Shown here piece after piece: positions 62,700 through 64,000 of a DNA stretch of 64,000 nt. The first letter of the stretch is position 1. The number at the start of each line of letters is the position of its first letter. The DNA is taken from assembly GCA_019057815.1 (NCBI GenBank), contig JAHLWR010000005.1, positions 130,829 through 194,828 of the forward strand, given 5' to 3'. This DNA is from Candidatus Heimdallarchaeota archaeon. GTDB lineage: Archaea; Asgardarchaeota; Heimdallarchaeia; Heimdallarchaeales; Heimdallarchaeaceae. Under the pieces are notes generated by a model. It did no database searches, had not been told where the DNA came from, and worked only from the letters and a program-made list of their open reading frames with translations. A program made the translations under genes and the position numbers.

Positions 62700-64000
62700 A
62701 TGCATATAAATGAAGTAGCAAAAAGCATTAATCATATAAGAACAAAGGAAAAATTATGTACTGTAATGGAAAAGCTTCGACTCATAGTTTATAACGAAAA
62801 AACAAACGATCAGGTTTCCAGTTTAATTAACAAGATGATAGAGAAAAGTATAGAATTTAATAATAAAAGGGTTATAATTAACTTATATAGTTTAAAAATA
62901 GTACAAAAACATCACCTTAAATCTAAAAGTGAGCAAATTGTTAATTTAGCATCTAAAATCTATTCTTTATCAAAAGAAATTGACTACAATTATGGATTTG
63001 CACTATATTATTCCCATATGTGGTATATTGAGAAATTTAAAGGAAATAAAGAAAAGTCAAAAAAATGTATTGAAAAATCAATAACTATACTAGAAAAATC
63101 ACAAAAGGATGATGATTTTATTTATCATGTTTGTAAATATACCTTTGCGATAGAAAAATGGTTAGAAGAAAGTGATTCAAAAAGTATTGATATTTTAGAA
63201 GATTGTGCAGACTACTTCTTCCAAAATGGATTTTATAGAAGCTTAGTTCAAACCTTGGGAATATTATTAATAATTTATCAACGAACGCAAAACAGGGAGA
63301 AAGAGCTAGAAATATCTAAAGTGTTATTAGGGAACAAAAGCGTTTTTGAAAAACTACCTAAAGATGTTCAAGCATACACGCACTACGTAGCGGGGGTAGG
63401 ATATATGTTACAATTTTGTTTGGAAAACGCTGAAACCCATTTTGGAAGAGCGCACAAAATTTTCGAAAACATCCATAAACAAACCATCTATATCAGTAAC
63501 TATGTTTTGGCTTTGTCCTATCTTTCAATGTCACAAGCACTTCAAGGAAAAATGGATCAAGCTATTCAAGTAATTTATAAAACAGAAAATTTAGTACAAG
63601 ACGACTTTATTCAAAAAAACTTGGATAAAGTGAATAAGCGCCAAATTACCCACACTTTCAATCTGATAAAATTCTATATTCAAACACGAAGGGAAGATTT
63701 TAACATTGAAGAATTTAGTGTCATAGTTAAAAACCTTTATTCTGGAATTCAAATCAATTACAGCGATACTATCATGTTGAGCGAATTTCTCCTGAATGCT
63801 CAATTGTCCTATGAACAATTGCAAGAGTTACAAAAGAAGGATAATTCAAGTCTAAAAAGAGTAAAGCACATTATTTCGTTTATGATGGAAAAAACAAGGA
63901 CAGATGTAGAGCTTACAGCTGTAGAACTTTTAAGAAATTCCATCGTTACCCTGTGGAAAAGAAGAGTTCCTAGGGACGATACTTTTATAGAACGCTCTTT
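62700..64000 (+). CDS. TPR-like helical repeat protein, paralog B (partial; missing from the ORF track because it runs off the window)
   Basis: Manual translation MHINEVAKSINHIRTKEKLCTVMEKLRLIVYNEK... stays open to the edge; aligns with 50568..52217. Confidence 0.8.
   Translation, partial: MHINEVAKSINHIRTKEKLCTVMEKLRLIVYNEKTNDQVSSLINKMIEKSIEFNNKRVIINLYSLKIVQKHHLKSKSEQIVNLASKIYSLSKEIDYNYGFALYYSHMWYIEKFKGNKEKSKKCIEKSITILEKSQKDDDFIYHVCKYTFAIEKWLEESDSKSIDILEDCADYFFQNGFYRSLVQTLGILLIIYQRTQNREKELEISKVLLGNKSVFEKLPKDVQAYTHYVAGVGYMLQFCLENAETHFGRAHKIFENIHKQTIYISNYVLALSYLSMSQALQGKMDQAIQVIYKTENLVQDDFIQKNLDKVNKRQITHTFNLIKFYIQTRREDFNIEEFSVIVKNLYSGIQINYSDTIMLSEFLLNAQLSYEQLQELQKKDNSSLKRVKHIISFMMEKTRTDVELTAVELLRNSIVTLWKRRVPRDDTFIERS

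Overview
AT-rich archaeal DNA, most likely from an Asgard archaeon (Heimdallarchaeia-like; inferred from gene content). Archaeal core genes are present (EF-1alpha, AglB/STT3, PolD DP1, Sec61beta, TopA, TgtA, uS10, Cdc6, an intron-containing tRNA-Arg, tRNA-Ser). Asgard-type proteins are also present (OSTC/DC2-like, two roadblock proteins, a Rab-like GTPase, a gelsolin-domain protein, a Urm1-like protein, an EF-2 paralog lacking the diphthamide motif). About 1-29 kb is an accessory/defence-like island: Mrr-type nuclease, two HD-dNTPase + YwgA-like pairs, AAA+PIN, OLD nuclease, membrane proteins, decayed gene fragments and repeats. About 29-62 kb is mostly core genome. The most striking unannotated signal is a family of 18-20 aa micro-ORFs with consensus M-[LFY]-D-P-x-E-P-G-D-x4-P-P-x-W-x-P-stop. 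There are three intact, one frameshifted and one truncated copy; four carry a conserved ~70 bp upstream block. They cluster at two loci around two paralogous TPR-like helical-repeat genes (50568..52217 and 62700..>64000), suggesting an undescribed peptide + TPR-protein system. All calls come from motif reading by eye; no database searches were run.
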